DNA of 63,628 nt, the filler included, from Choristocarpus tenellus KU-1152 (Eukaryota > Protista > Phaeophyceae): NCBI GenBank assembly GCA_964200185.2. It is 10 parts of 10 records of this genome, joined end to end, with 100 filler letters (N's around TTAATTAATTAA, not from the genome) between each part and the next. Parts side by side here need not be neighbours in the genome. Positions count along the whole stretch, not along the records: positions 34,667 to 45,480 come from CAXNAD020002695.1; positions 45,581 to 51,236 come from CAXNAD020010115.1; 8 more parts are not named here. One strand, 5' to 3'. Every line of letters starts with the position of its first letter. The first letter of the stretch is position 1. Positions 38,521 through 51,336 of this stretch are shown piece after piece. Below the pieces are notes generated by a model. That model had not been told where the DNA came from and made no database searches. It was given only the letters and a program-made list of their open reading frames with translations. Both the position numbers and the translations under genes were made by a program.

Positions 38521-40900
38521 CTCCAAAGGATATGTAACCCAAATCCAACGACCTTAAAACGATGCTATGGGGGCGTTGCGCCCTTGATAGCACTTTGTAG
38601 GGTGTCAGGTGTCCTTCTCTCTTGATATTCCACTCAGTACTTAGCTCAAAGCTCGACTCAAAGTTTAATTGAAGATCAAGATAAGACTGGAGGTAAAAGG
38701 GGTCAAGGTGTTTAACCAAAAGCCCTCTTATTATTTTCATCATCCACCCAATTTCTATGGTCTTCTATACAACTGCTCTACACGTACTCCAATCATAAAC
38801 CTTTATTCTGCAACTTCTTAGGGACTTTGACATTTTCTTCTATAATGTTACGTATGCATTCCGAATCTTACTCTGTATTTTCTATGAAAATCATAATTTA
38901 TTCTGGAAGGTGTTACTAATATCGTATATTGTTCGCACTTGTAGGAACGCGAGGAATAATCCTCGCACCATGTCTGTCACAAATGTTTGTGTTTGCTAAA
39001 ACATGAGAAGATGTAATGCTCGCACTTCGTTAGAACACAAGAAATGCCTGCGCTATTCGCCTGTTGTGACAATACTTGGGACGTTTTAAACCCTACAGCA
39101 ACTTCCAAACACCATACGTGCTCCGGTATGTATTCAACATCTTAGCACACACAGACTACCTTTGTCTTCTTCTAGTCATGAATTACGACATTCGTTTTCC
39201 CAGATTAGTAGTGATGAAATATCGATGACTACAAAGTAGATATCCAGATCGATGCCATTAATTTTGATATTGATCATAAATTTTCTCCTGAGTCAAACCA
39301 GTTGAGAGGTAGGCATGTTTGGACCCTTTCTGTATTCTAAGCCATCTTTCTTATATTGTGCAATGCACTCTAATGGACTCTTTTATGTGCACCACAATAT
39401 TGTACATTTTGGGGTGATTTGGTTGCATACGTCGGATGGATAATGTAAGTGTAATTTTCCTGGTTTTGGACCAAATGGACACCCTGGTGTAGACCACCCC
39501 GCCTCCCAGATACTTTGAGTTTGATCACAGGTCGGGATAGTCCATCCAAAATTGGGAAAACAGTAATAACTAAACGTTATTTTTGGTGAGAGGTTTCGCG
39601 GGTACGCAGGTGCCCAGGTTTACAGAGACACCCTAATAATTTTTTATATTGTGCCATGTATTCTCTTTTTTGTATTGCATTTTGTATTCTTGGGGTTTGT
39701 GTTAGGGTTAGAACAATTGCACAAGCCATATATGATGAATTGGGGTACCCCTACCAACTTGAGACCCAAAGTATCTGGGGGGCGGGGCGGTCTACACCAG
39801 GGTGTCCATTTGGGTTCAAACCAGGAAAGTTGCACTTACATTATCCATCCGACATATGCAACCAAATCACCCAAAAATGGCAACATGAAAAAAATTCCCC
39901 CAAATGGACAGTCGCCACCCCTCCCAGATACTTTGAGCCTGGGCACTAGTGTACCCAGTAAACCTTCGTGTTTTGTTTGAGTATTACTCCAAACGGGGAG
40001 ACATATGTAAGAGGGAATAGGGACCCTTTTGGGGAGGGGTAATAAGAGATACCTTATCGATTTTCAAGCAGCAGGAATTTCCATGAATTAAGAAGTCACT
40101 TAGCGAAAAAGATTGCCCCGAGTACTTCTTAATTGAGCGTTGATCTGTTGAAGGAGCATCTAAGTACAGAAGAACACAACTGCAGGAATCGTTCTTTGCC
40201 ACATTTTCTATATGGTGTAACTATAATCCATCTCTAGGTCTATCCGTTTGTAGAAATTATGGGGTGGCTTGTTGAACCCAGTGGTAATTGACTGGTGTTG
40301 TGCTTGTAGAAAGTAAATTTGACAGCAAAATGTAGAATAATAGCAGACTCAATCGATTGAGTGGTACTTTGAAGCATCAATTAAATAAAACGTTATCAGT
40401 GATGAAACGAAGGAGTTTTCGTCAATGCTCTACTTGCAAAGATAGTTTAAGGGGAGTGCGTGTGCAGAAAATGTATGTAAGCGTCCCCATAGAAAACCGT
40501 CTACACAATCACCCGCGAATGTTCTATGGTGACCTCTAACAGGTCATGTAGCAACTCCCTAAACGTTGTGTAAACAAACGTTCAACGATAGAGAACGACA
40601 TTTTCTTTTATCTCAGTTGCGCTCCCATCTGCCTTTAGAAATCTCTTTTCTTGTGACTCTGATCAAGCCATGGTCTTTGTATGGTAGTAGCAGTATTTTG
40701 GTGGTTGTGATAGTGTCTCTTGCTTACGTTTTGTTCCTTCCCTACCCTTGGTAACAAGATAAGGAGATCTCTCCTGTCTGCTTTCGCACCAGGTAAAACA
40801 ATGTATCGAGTTTCTGGTGTTGATCTACGATAGTAGTATGGTGTATCATGGAGAGAGGTCCTATGTGCTTCCCAGAGTACATTATACTGTCCACTAACTT
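38521..40900 (-). CDS. Candidate exons of an unidentified spliced gene (e.g. 38521-38754, ~40054-40207, ~40746-40894)
   Basis: Stop-free segments bounded by ag/gt; exon phases not fully reconciled; no family recognised. Confidence 0.3.
39406..39521 (-). mobile_element. Truncated MITE family B copy
   Basis: ccaaatggacaccctggtgtagacc...cctcccagatactttgagtt. Confidence 0.85.
39763..39939 (+). mobile_element. MITE family B, complete copy
   Basis: TIRs gacccaaagtatctggg / cccagatactttgagcc; flanks tga/tgg. Confidence 0.9.
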
Positions 40901-41667
40901 TTCACAGATAGGTGTTTTTTTGTAGAAAATAAGAAGCATAAAGGAAATAACATAACTAGCACAGAAAAAGTCCTTTGCATACAACAAGAGTTATAGTATA
41001 TAGAGCATTTTGACACCTATCTCTACATACTTCATCCCTACCATTAGTTTTTTTTTGTTGTTGTTGACTGCACTCATCGTTATGGTTGTTCTAGACATGA
41101 TTTTTTAAGAAATATTACTGAACGTGACAATCCATCAGACTCGCTATGTGATCGTGCCTTAGAGTACCGAGTCACCTAGAAGGATACCATCCGAGACACG
41201 TTGAACCACTAAAAAACGTAGCCTAACTGATGTTAGGCTTTTGTTAGATCTGAGTTAGCTTGGAGTTCCAGACGCATGTTCTTTTGGGCTTGGGTGGACA
41301 AAGCGACTACTCTGAGCTTGACCCAAAATCCAGTATTCGACTGACACAATTTATACAGGCATACTGCCACTGCAAGCCCGAGTGGATGCGTGGTAAGGCT
41401 GAAGGAAGTCCTGTTGGACGGTCTCACCTATGTGCTTTGTCGAGCCATACAATATGGCATGAAAGTCACCACCCCGAATTTCACTCGACATTGAGCACTT
41501 CGTCTAACATTGTGGTGGACAATAATGGATATAACGATCTTGCCAGGTTCATCCATTTCTGAACTCAACTGAATCAAAACGATCATTGGCACGCATGTCA
41601 ACACCTCATACATACATACTTACATGGACTGTAACTACCATATTACCTGGAAGTGTAACTACTAAAT

Positions 41668-42109
41668 ATCCAGCAACTGAAGGAAGACATGGGAGTGAGC
41701 AACACAGAGGAGCTGGTGGAGGCCACAATGGAGGCTTCAATGTGTACCCTGGGAGAAAATAGAGCGTGTTTGGCAGAGCCTCTTCACAGTCGATGATGAA
41801 GTGTTGGGGTCCAAGGGCGATCTCTTCGAAATTCCCCATCTTTGCAAGGAATGGGTTGAGAAGGCAGGCAAGCTCCTCCCGAATATCCTGATGGATGTGG
41901 TGAAATCCCGTACTAGAATGGAGATTTGGAGGACTTTCGGGGCGGAATCGTATAGGTAAATATAGGCTTCTCCATTTTGCTTGAGGTTTTGGTGGGCAAC
42001 AGAATAGTGTCCGTACAATACACCCATAAAATATGAGCATGTAATAAAAGATCTTGCTTCTTCATCGAGGCTGCACATTTATGTCCTATTTAATTCCGAA
42101 CGGAGGAAG
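41668..42109 (+). mobile_element. DD39D-type mariner 3' fragment with TIR and TA
   Basis: Homologous to 21460-21910; ends gaacggaggaag|ta. Confidence 0.85.
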
Positions 42110-43374
42110 TATGTGAAAGGTTCAACGGTCGGTGTTCTCTGCATGTGGGTGCCGGAATGCCAATCTCCAGGCTAACCTTCAAAAACAAGGGAGAGATAGA
42201 GTTTCACAGGTCTTGCCCCAGCATATCAATTTCAGTTGAGGCAAACAAGAACATAACTACTGTAATCTCAGCGTACAACAGATGTCTCAGGATGGGTGGT
42301 CAATGGCGCAGAACAAAAAGATAACAATTTGAATCGGAATGGATCGTTCGAACCGTCCTTCTTGCTGTTCCGCCAGATCTGGATCTTTGGTTGTGTCATG
42401 TTTGTTGACTTGTCGTTACGAGTAGACTCAACGCGAAAGGGTGGCGCGTGCAAATACATATGAACGCTCTCTCGCTTCTCGCTGTGGGTTAACCTCAATT
42501 TTCAACCTGCGGTCATACGTCCAACCAGGGCAGGCGGGCAGGTAGACTAACTACCAGTGCTCTATGGTGGGGATTTTGGTTTAGCTGATGGGAATAGTTC
42601 GTGGCGTACTATTTACTTTGTACTGTGACTCACGTATCCTGTGCGCTGGATTTCCAGCTTCAAGTATTGTAACCGTCACGTCAGCTAATCAGCTTGCATA
42701 ATATATAACACCACGGACGGTGAATTTTCCCTCTTTCTTTTCATTAAGGTCAGGTTCCGTAAGCATCCTGCCCTGGCAGCCATGTGTTCACTACTCCCAC
42801 CTTCGTGTGAGAGCAGCACTCTGCTCGAAGCGTTCTGGTTGGCTTGGTCTTTACCCCATCCAATTATTAATAATACAACGTAGGTCCAAAGGGGGAACCA
42901 ACGTTGACATAGACATACAATTATTTTGAGACAAAGGAATAGAAGCTGGTCAAACTTGGGGGGCTCGGTTAACGAGAGGGGGAAGAATCCTGTACGTTTT
43001 ACCTGAAAAATATGATTCGTCGGCAAGCAATCGACAAGGAGCGGGAGGCCCGCCGAGGGGTGCAGGCAAGTCATCATTATCATTGGTCGAGATATTCAGT
43101 CTGTAGGAGAGAATCGACACAAGATGTTCACCAAGAACATCTCGAATTTTGCGATAACACCATCGAAGAAACCTGGAAGGAAGACGATTGTGGAGGGGAA
43201 TATACATGATTACAGTACAAGGTTTTCGACAAATTTTTTCTCCAAAAACGAGAGTAGGGTTCTAGAGACGATTAGAAAACCCAAACCTTAACGAATTTTT
43301 AATGTGTTAATATTGTTGTAGCTGTACCTAGTTCGATATATAACCTATCACCCAATCAACGACCTAAAATTCAG

Positions 43375-45240
43375 GTCTTTCAAAACACCACCAAAGTGGG
43401 CTTGAAGTCATCTTTGCAGCATGAGGATGAAGTCAATCACCATGGGGAAATCGATCATGGCAGTTCCTTCCTTCACGTGCTTCAGCATCGCTCGAGATTG
43501 TTGGATGACATCGTTCTACCTAACATTGAAGTACTGAAGCTGGAGTTCGTTATGCACGGGATCAACATGGGCAAGCATAGCGTAAGTGAAAACTGGTAGT
43601 TATGAATACGTTCCAGTCGTTAGAGATGCAATTTGTATTTGTGTGTTGTAGGAGTATCTTCAGCTCTCTGTTAAAGTCATGACAGCGTAGGTTGAGTGGA
43701 TGTGCATGTAGTTTTGGCGTTTTGCTGAATTATCTCTCATGAGAAGTACATGCCTCGAGTCATTTGATTAAGCTTGAAATGATCTCAATTCTAGTACAAG
43801 TGCACTAATCGCTTAATTGGTTTTAGTATCTAAAAGTGCAAAATATTGAACACATAGAAACGGTACGTTAAGGTACTTCAACTTACAGCCACAGTCTGCA
43901 GGTCTCCATGCAACTAGGATGGTACTGCTTCCGCTTCACTTGTTGAGGGACTTTTGTTCCAGAGAGTGCACTGGGATAACCGCACTCTATTCCCCCCACA
44001 CTGCCCCTATTTCGGTACTGAAATCACACCGGGTAACATCACTCCAAAAATTTCCACTGCTTGCATACATATTTTTATCAGGCATTGAAGCACAAGATTC
44101 AGATACCTGGCCATCTAATCGACCCTGACGCTCACTGGGGGATCATTCGTACCATCACTCGTTTGGGGATAATCTGCAGTAAGGTGGCCTTTCTTGGTTG
44201 TGGGCGAGAGCCGTTGGTCATGGGGATCATCTCATCAATGCTCCCAACCCTGTCACTGTGTCTTGGTGGAAAACATATGTATCTTATTGTAAAGAAGTCC
44301 ATATAATCACCATGTCCAAACTAGAGCTTCAAGTACTAGTCTTTTACCACAGTGACAATGTATCACATGCACTTTTGGAGTAGAAGTAGTTGGTGTAATA
44401 CTGTGTACAGCAGTGCATGACAGTAGTACAGATACCCTTACCTCCCTGCCTCTCACTACTCACACCTCAAGGTTACAAGTAGCAGGGTCTTCAATTGTTT
44501 CATCATGACATGTATCATAGCAGCCGGGGTGCTTGTGGGAGTCCAGACGTATGAGGGCATGGACGGCAATGTCATTGTGACATCATTGGATGGTTTTATA
44601 CTTTATGCTTTTACCTTTGAAGCTCTCCTGAAGGTGACTAGCCTCAACAGCAACTACATTTTTCAACTAGATATATTTTTGGTTTTATGAAAGACAATTT
44701 GCACATAGTATGCCTTCACATTTACTGGTTGCATTGTCTGTGTAGTTCAAATGAGTATTGTTTGAGAAATATAATGGGGTGTAAGTACTTGCACCATAGA
44801 GTACAAGAAAATAGAGTTGTTATTTCCCTGTGTATGTGTGATAGTGAGGAAGATATACTGTACACTATTATTTAGTTGCTAGGGTTTGGAAACCTTTTTT
44901 GCTACATGCGTGTGGGTAGACTCTAGTCACAGCTACCTCTTACCGTTTTTCATCAACTCAATACTCTAACTCTGACAATACTTGCACAAGACTCTTTTCC
45001 AGATAGAGTTGACCTCCCTCATGTTGACGCATGACTCACACTGCATCAAAACGTTTCTGAACCAAATAAGAAAGTCAACACCACAGATGTTCCATTTGCA
45101 TGTGTTTACCAATTGACCAATATCAGATCATTGCATCCAGTCCGAAGCCATGGACATATTTTACAGGCTCTGAGAGACTGTGGAATATCTTCGACTTTGT
45201 CATTGTAGTAATGTGTTTCCTACCCATAGGGGGCAGCCAG
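43375..45240 (+). CDS. Voltage-gated cation channel (Ion_trans S1-S3; EukCat/BacNav/CatSper-like), partial; exons 43375-43581, 44082-44183, 44472-44633, 45127-45240
   Basis: Four phase-0 GT-AG exons splice in frame: ...VTSSRVFNCFIMTCIIAAGVLVGVQTY...LDGFILYAFTFEALLK|IIASSPKPWTYFTGSERLWNIFDFVIVVMCFLP. S4-S6 lie beyond the contig end. Confidence 0.85.
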
Positions 45241-45456
45241 GTGAGCAAGAGCATTCAATGATAGTCTTTTTCAACAAAGACATATGCTGCAGGGTGTGAC
45301 TCCTTCCCTCTTCCTCCACTTGGTATGCCCCTTACCATGGCCTTTAGAAGCTGTCACATTGGCAATAGTAGCTATCTAGACTCTGAAAATTTTGGTGACA
45401 CTTATTATAGCACTCCTATTTATTTTGGTGAGCTGGCATTGACACCCTTTCCATAT

Positions 45457-45480
45457 GGGTCAAAGTATTTGGGGGGGGGG
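45457..45480. mobile_element. MITE family B TIR cut by contig end
   Basis: gggtcaaagtatttggggg. Confidence 0.6.
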
Positions 45481-45580
45481 NNNNNNNNNNNNNNNNNNNN
45501 NNNNNNNNNNNNNNNNNNNNNNNNTTAATTAATTAANNNNNNNNNNNNNNNNNNNNNNNNNNNNNNNNNNNNNNNNNNNN
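45481..45580. other. Artificial contig linker
   Basis: N44-TTAATTAATTAA-N44. Confidence 0.98.
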
Positions 45581-45766
45581 ATTTTGGCTATTGTGTGTGT
45601 TAGGAAGTGTCAATATCGATGTTCTGGACACACCTTCTAATAACATACACATTTTACTCACTCTGAAACATTTTGGAGTAGGAAAATGTCATAAAAATCC
45701 CATGGGAAGCCAAGATCCAAATGGACAAACAGGGCAAAAATCGTACCCTCTAAGATATTTTCACTC
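45581..45766 (+). mobile_element. MITE family A partial copy at contig start
   Basis: Ends cgtaccctctaagatattttcactc. Confidence 0.88.
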
Positions 45767-45789
45767 TTTTCACATGACAGAATTGCAAG

Positions 45790-46642
45790 GACAGTAAGCA
45801 CCAGTCATACCAAGTACATTTAAGAGCATTTATCAAAGATTTGGTATGTATGGGGCAAAGAGAAGGGCAGTGCCCCGTAATATCTAAAGGAATTTGTACA
45901 AAAAGGTCACCCATGTGGTACTGATGATGTCCCATACAAAGAGGCTATTGGTGCTTGATGTGGGCAGCTGTGATGACCAGGCCAGATATCGCCGATGCAG
46001 TTCGTGAGGTAGCTAAGTACAGTAGCAGCCCCAAGACTGCACATTGGTGTGCAGTTAGGCGTGTTTTTGAATATTTGAATACATCCAAGTGTTGGATTGG
46101 TTTTTGATGATCTTGATACTGAGTGTGAGTTGAGTGTATATACTGATGCTAGTTGTACTGGGGACTGCAATGATCATAGATCAGAGACTGGGGGATCATA
46201 GTAGTGTTTGCTGGAGGAGTAATGTCTTGGAAGTCATTATCCAAAAGGATGTAGCTATGTCTTCAACGGAGAGTGAGAAATGCCACTTAGCAATGTTCCA
46301 CAGGAGTTGCTTTTCTTGCAAAGTGTTTTGGGGGTTGGTTCAGGCACAGTTCCCTACGTGCTGTATTGAACCTATCATGCAAACAAGTACGTACTGACGC
46401 TAGCTCCACTAGAACAAAGCACAATAATATCCAACACTTTTTGAGGAACTCAGTAGGGAAAGAATGAGGTTTGTGTTGTTTTTGTCGGTACTGCAAACCA
46501 GGGACCAGATGTGTTGACAAAGAACTTTCATGTGGAAGTTTTTTCGACATGTGACGTTTTTGATGAACATGAAGAAGTACCTCGTGTTTGTGTTATTATT
46601 TTTTGGACGTTGTTGTGTTTATGTTTTTCAGCAAGGGGGGGA
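45790..46642 (+). mobile_element. Decayed copia RT C-terminus/RNase H with PPT
   Basis: PYKEAIGA...TRPDIADAVREVAKYSSSPKTAHW; YTDAS; QKDVAMSSTESE; PPT agcaaggggggga. Confidence 0.8.
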
Positions 46643-47234
46643 TACCGCAATAACTAGTATTAAGATTTTGTTATGTGTGCTGGTACAAGACGTAACACAA
46701 GTGTGACAGTTTCATGTAATTTTTAGGTAATATTCAGTACAATACGCCATAGTACCGTACATAGGGATATGATGAGTCAAGTGATTGACACACTGTTCAA
46801 ATATGTATTGCATCAAAAATGGACTGTGGTGGTGTCGCGTTACTAGTATGATGCCACCAACAATGAATTGGCAGTTATCCACAAGGAGGATCACATACAT
46901 GTTACTCTGGTACTCGACAGCAACCCCTTTTCTGTTTCTTTTTCAATCCCTCATGGCCATGTGTCTCCTGCTCACCCCCGGGACCTGTACCGATCCGCTA
47001 CAAACCACCCCGGGAAAATAAAAACTGGGAACAGGATGCAAGGACACGGAGGCGAGTTGAGCCAGATGTCCCATCTTTCACCACCTAGGTATTGATGAAC
47101 ACCCAGGAGACAATTGTGGCCCCCAACCTTCTATTGAAGATGCACATGCACATACAACACCACCAGTATCCACTCATCCACTGCCAACAAAGAGCATCAA
47201 AGACAACAAGTGCCTACCCAACCTCACTTAACAT

Positions 47235-47267
47235 CTAACCCTAACCCAAACCCTAACCCAAACCCTA
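47235..47267. repeat. Interstitial telomere-like repeat (CCCTAA/CCCAAA)
   Basis: ctaaccctaacccaaaccctaacccaaacccta. Confidence 0.75.
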
Positions 47268-47569
47268 GGTAACAGAATTAAAAGTAGATAGGAGTGGATG
47301 CGCATATCTTTTCCCATCATACCATGCTTATGTCCATCATAATCTCCGTACGTACTATTCCAAACGGCTAGATATGATTTGGAACATCATGCCCTCTTTC
47401 CTCTCATACGGCAATTTTAGAGAGGTGTATTGCACCTTAGACAATCTCTTTGTTTCAATAGTAGTTATATGGGACATGAGGGATACTACATGAAGAAGGC
47501 GTGTGGTTTGGGGTTATACGTTCCTCTTTTGTTCATCAACCAACATTCCTCTTTCAAAGATATCATTTT

Positions 47570-47832
47570 GAGTCAAAGTATCCTAGAGGATACAGAGTCG
47601 CGTCCTTTTGGGGGCCAAAACCCAACGTTGCGATTTTGATGCAATTTTGACTATTGTGTTTGTTGGGAAGTGTCAATATCCTTGTTGCGGACACACATTT
47701 TCATAACGTATACATTTTACATACTCCAAAACATTTCGGAGTAGGTAAAAGTCATCATAAAATAACTGCGGGAAGCCAAGCCCCAAACAGGCAAACAGGG
47801 CCAGCCTCGTACCCTCTAAGATACTTTCACTC
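47570..47832 (+). mobile_element. MITE family A copy (TSD TTT)
   Basis: catttt|gagtc...cactc|tttccc. Confidence 0.9.
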
Positions 47833-47903
47833 TTTCCCAAAGATAAAAAAAAAATGTATTGTTTTGTGTTAAGAAGTTTATTCCTGATATGAAACAGGAA
47901 ACC

Positions 47904-48668
47904 TATGGATTGTGTGATTCTGTGGCGACGTGGTTCACTCAGGCAAGGGTGGCGAAGAGAATCACCTGGCAAGACGGACCAGATGGAGCAAGACGAACCG
48001 TATCCGAGAGGATATGTTATAGGCGAATAGCACGAGCATTTCTTCTCGTGTTCTACCAAGCGCGAGCAGTATACGAGATTCGTAGCACAAAGGAGACCTC
48101 ACAGAATAAATGCCGATTTCCTGGAAGTTACAGAAAAGATTTTTCATTTGAGTACGTATGCAACAGCTTGCAGCTGTCTTTCAACTTGTAGTCTGTAGAA
48201 ATCGTGTGGATGACGCTAATATATAAGAGTTTATTTGAGAGCCACCCGACGTATCTCTTTCACTCTCTCTTTCTCGAATAAAATATGAAGTCAAACATTA
48301 AGCTAAGCACTGAGTGAAGCATCAAGAGAAGAGTGGCTGACACCCGCAAGTGGCTATCAACTGTGGAAATACCTCAGTAGTGTCGCTTAATGATCGTTGG
48401 ATTAGAGCTACACATCCTGTGGAGGTAAGTTCTAGAGCATGTTGTAACAGACGAGGTTAAGGTTGGACAAGTGCAAGACTGGTTGTACAAAAATTGTGAG
48501 GACTGACAGACTGAGGATCTAGTGACAGAGGATCATCAGGAAAGTCAAGAAGTGAGAACAAAGTGAACTTTCATGTTTGACAACTCTGAATGAAGAGCAG
48601 TCCCATATCCGTGGAACTGGTCTCTTGAAGAGACTCCATGGATTAATTCTCACGGAAGATCCTCCACT
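47904..48668 (+). repeat. ~335-bp LTR-like direct repeat, copy 1 (interrupted)
   Basis: Aligns with 50828-51162 once 48011-48449 is removed. Confidence 0.85.
48015..48449. mobile_element. Solo LTR-like insertion (TGTTATA...TGTAACA)
   Basis: Absent from the paralogous empty site gagaggacgagg at ~50930; 4 extra flank bases (gata/gacg). Confidence 0.8.
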
Positions 48669-49204
48669 GTAATCATGGATTCTTGACAAGGAACCTCAAT
48701 CGGTGTAAGGTTATATGGCATATAGCAATTTCGGTATTACAACAGAATACTGCTTTCCACATCACCCCGACTTCTGATCAGTCTTGAAGACATGTAAACA
48801 TGATTTACAGTCAACTAAAAAGTGAGCTCTGGGAGCGATATGAGAAACATATGTGACCGTTAGTATACTATTGCGCCATTGTATTACACGGCTCCATTGA
48901 TACAAAATTAAGTGTAATATATAGACGAGGCACAATAAATATATGACCAGGATAACATTAGCCTAAGGTTGGTGGTATGTGGTCAGCATACCAATCAAGC
49001 TTATAAGATCTGAGAGTATGGGATGAGCATATCAATCAGCCTAAAGACGAGGTAAGAGGTATATGTGGCCAGCATATAGGCCTCTTGTATATTGTATAAA
49101 ACAGAGGATACTCAGAATGGGGATACGAGGAGCAAACGCCATACAATGCCACTAAATGATTTGACCAGCGTTTGTGATTCGACATTGCTATACGTAAAAA
49201 CAAC

Positions 49205-49463
49205 GAGTCAAACTATCTTAGAGGGTAGAGCCGCGTTCATTTGTGGGCCAAAATACAATGTTGCGATTTTGATGTAATTTTGACTATCGTGTTAGTTAGG
49301 AAGTGTCAATATCCTTGTTCTGAATACACCTTTTCATAACATACACATTTTACCTACTTCGAAACATTTTGGAGTAGGAAAATGTAATGAAAAACCCCGA
49401 GGGAAGTCAAGCCCCAAATGGACAAACGGGGCAAAACTCGTACCCTCCAAGATACTTTCACTC
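49205..49463 (+). mobile_element. MITE family A copy (TSD AAC)
   Basis: acaac|gagtc...cactc|aacat. Confidence 0.92.
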
Positions 49464-49544
49464 AACATCACGTGTTACGTGACCAATATCAACACTGCCA
49501 ACGAAAAGATCAAATGTGTGCACCTATCCATTCTCTTTCCTCAG

Positions 49545-50613
49545 TTCTGACACCGATTGGAATATTGCTCACAATGACTACAACATTTTCCAAGTGGACA
49601 ACTCGGACGTACGATGTTGGTGGTTTAACTCTCCAAAGAGATACAAGGTGACTGTACGGTCATTACATCATGTTGGGGGGATCATGCCACTCGAAAAATA
49701 AAATAATACGTATGACTCACCTGAAGTCTCAATCTCTTACCAAGTGATAGACTTGAATCTTCGTTTTTTGTAATGGGGTTAGTCATTTCTCGATAATCAG
49801 TAAATCCATTTCATGAAAACGTGACATGATGTAATGAACAGCCACCTTTAGTACACAAGTAAGTATTAATGTGCATGGTAATACAATCTCTTCACCAGCA
49901 CATGTGTCCACTCATGCAAACGAGGAGAGTTGAGAGATAAAATTAATTATATGATTAAATTATTCAAATCCACCAACATATATGCGTAAGTCTATTTATT
50001 TGTAAGGATTGATAAACCTGGTAAACATAAGATGTCAAGTCAGGGCTGGTTTTGAACGGGTTAACCGACATCTGCTACCAGTTATCTAATCTCTTCACAA
50101 AACGATAAACTATACCCATCTATGACAAAATAACACACAAAAGACTTGTCGAAACTAGATGGTCAACCCATGTAAAGGATTACAGCATTTGTGGGTACCA
50201 CAAGATCTGGTCAAGACACACACACACAAAAGTCATGTAAAACAATCACATAAATAAACAATAATAAAAATGGCAAGGATCTGTATTGGACATATTATAT
50301 GTAATATCTATTTACTGAAACGATAGGTTACAACATTATGGCATTGCGGGTGCGAGACGTCATTACTCTGTTCAACATGTCTTACTTGATCAACACGATT
50401 ACCCTGAACTCGAAGTTTCAACAAATTTTGAAGCCATTCGGGTGGCACGATGTTTTTTCTCGCGCATTCGTTCACGTGGTGCGCAATCAACGCTGGAACA
50501 GCGTCTTGGAACTGAGGCTGAGAAATGGCCACATCATAAGTAGTGGGAACTTCGAGGCGGGACAGGATCGTTCTGGAAGAGAACCCGACGATTGTCAAGG
50601 TCGCCCGAGCTGA
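49545..50613 (+). CDS. Two candidate exons (49545-49647; 50327 onward), product unidentified
   Basis: Pyrimidine tract-cag acceptor and aag|gtga donor; reading frame ambiguous. Confidence 0.25.
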
Positions 50614-50827
50614 CACGATGCTCAAAGGTTGACCACAGGGTTCCTGTACGTACATGACGATCTGTTGCACATGAGCCTTTTCCTTTGTTGATCTTGTTTC
50701 CTCCAGATGGTGAGCCAGGCGCTCTTGCTCACGACGTTTTCGCCTCAATCTTGTATTTGGCATCATTAGTCAGTGGTCAAACAAAAATGTCCCGTCACGC
50801 TATCTCTGAGCTCACTGATGTCGCCAA

Positions 50828-51162
50828 TATGGATGAGTGATTCTGTGGCAGTGTGGTTCACTCATACAAGGGTGGTGAGGAGAATCACCGAGCAAGACGG
50901 ACCAGACAGAGCAAGACGAACCGTATCCGAGAGGACGAGGCTAAGGTTGGACAAGTGCAAGACTGGTTGTAAATGGTTGTACAAAAATTGTGAGGACTGA
51001 CAGACTGAGGATCTAGTGACAGAGGATCAACAGGAAAGTCAAGACGTGAGAACGAAGTGAACTTTCATGTTTGACAACTGTGAATGAAGAGCAGTCCTAT
51101 ATTTGTGGAACTGGTTTCTTGAAGAGATTCCATGGATTCATTCTCACGGAAGATCCTCCACT
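50828..51162 (+). repeat. ~335-bp LTR-like direct repeat, copy 2
   Basis: Homologous to 47904-48668. Confidence 0.85.
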
Positions 51163-51236
51163 AACAGCCGATTTCAAAAATTGAGGATGGAGCTTTTCAT
51201 TGAGGATGGGCTTGACCCAAAATTGACTGGGATAAA

Positions 51237-51336
51237 NNNNNNNNNNNNNNNNNNNNNNNNNNNNNNNNNNNNNNNNNNNNTTAATTAATTAANNNNNNNN
51301 NNNNNNNNNNNNNNNNNNNNNNNNNNNNNNNNNNNN
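51237..51336. other. Artificial contig linker
   Basis: N44-TTAATTAATTAA-N44. Confidence 0.98.
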
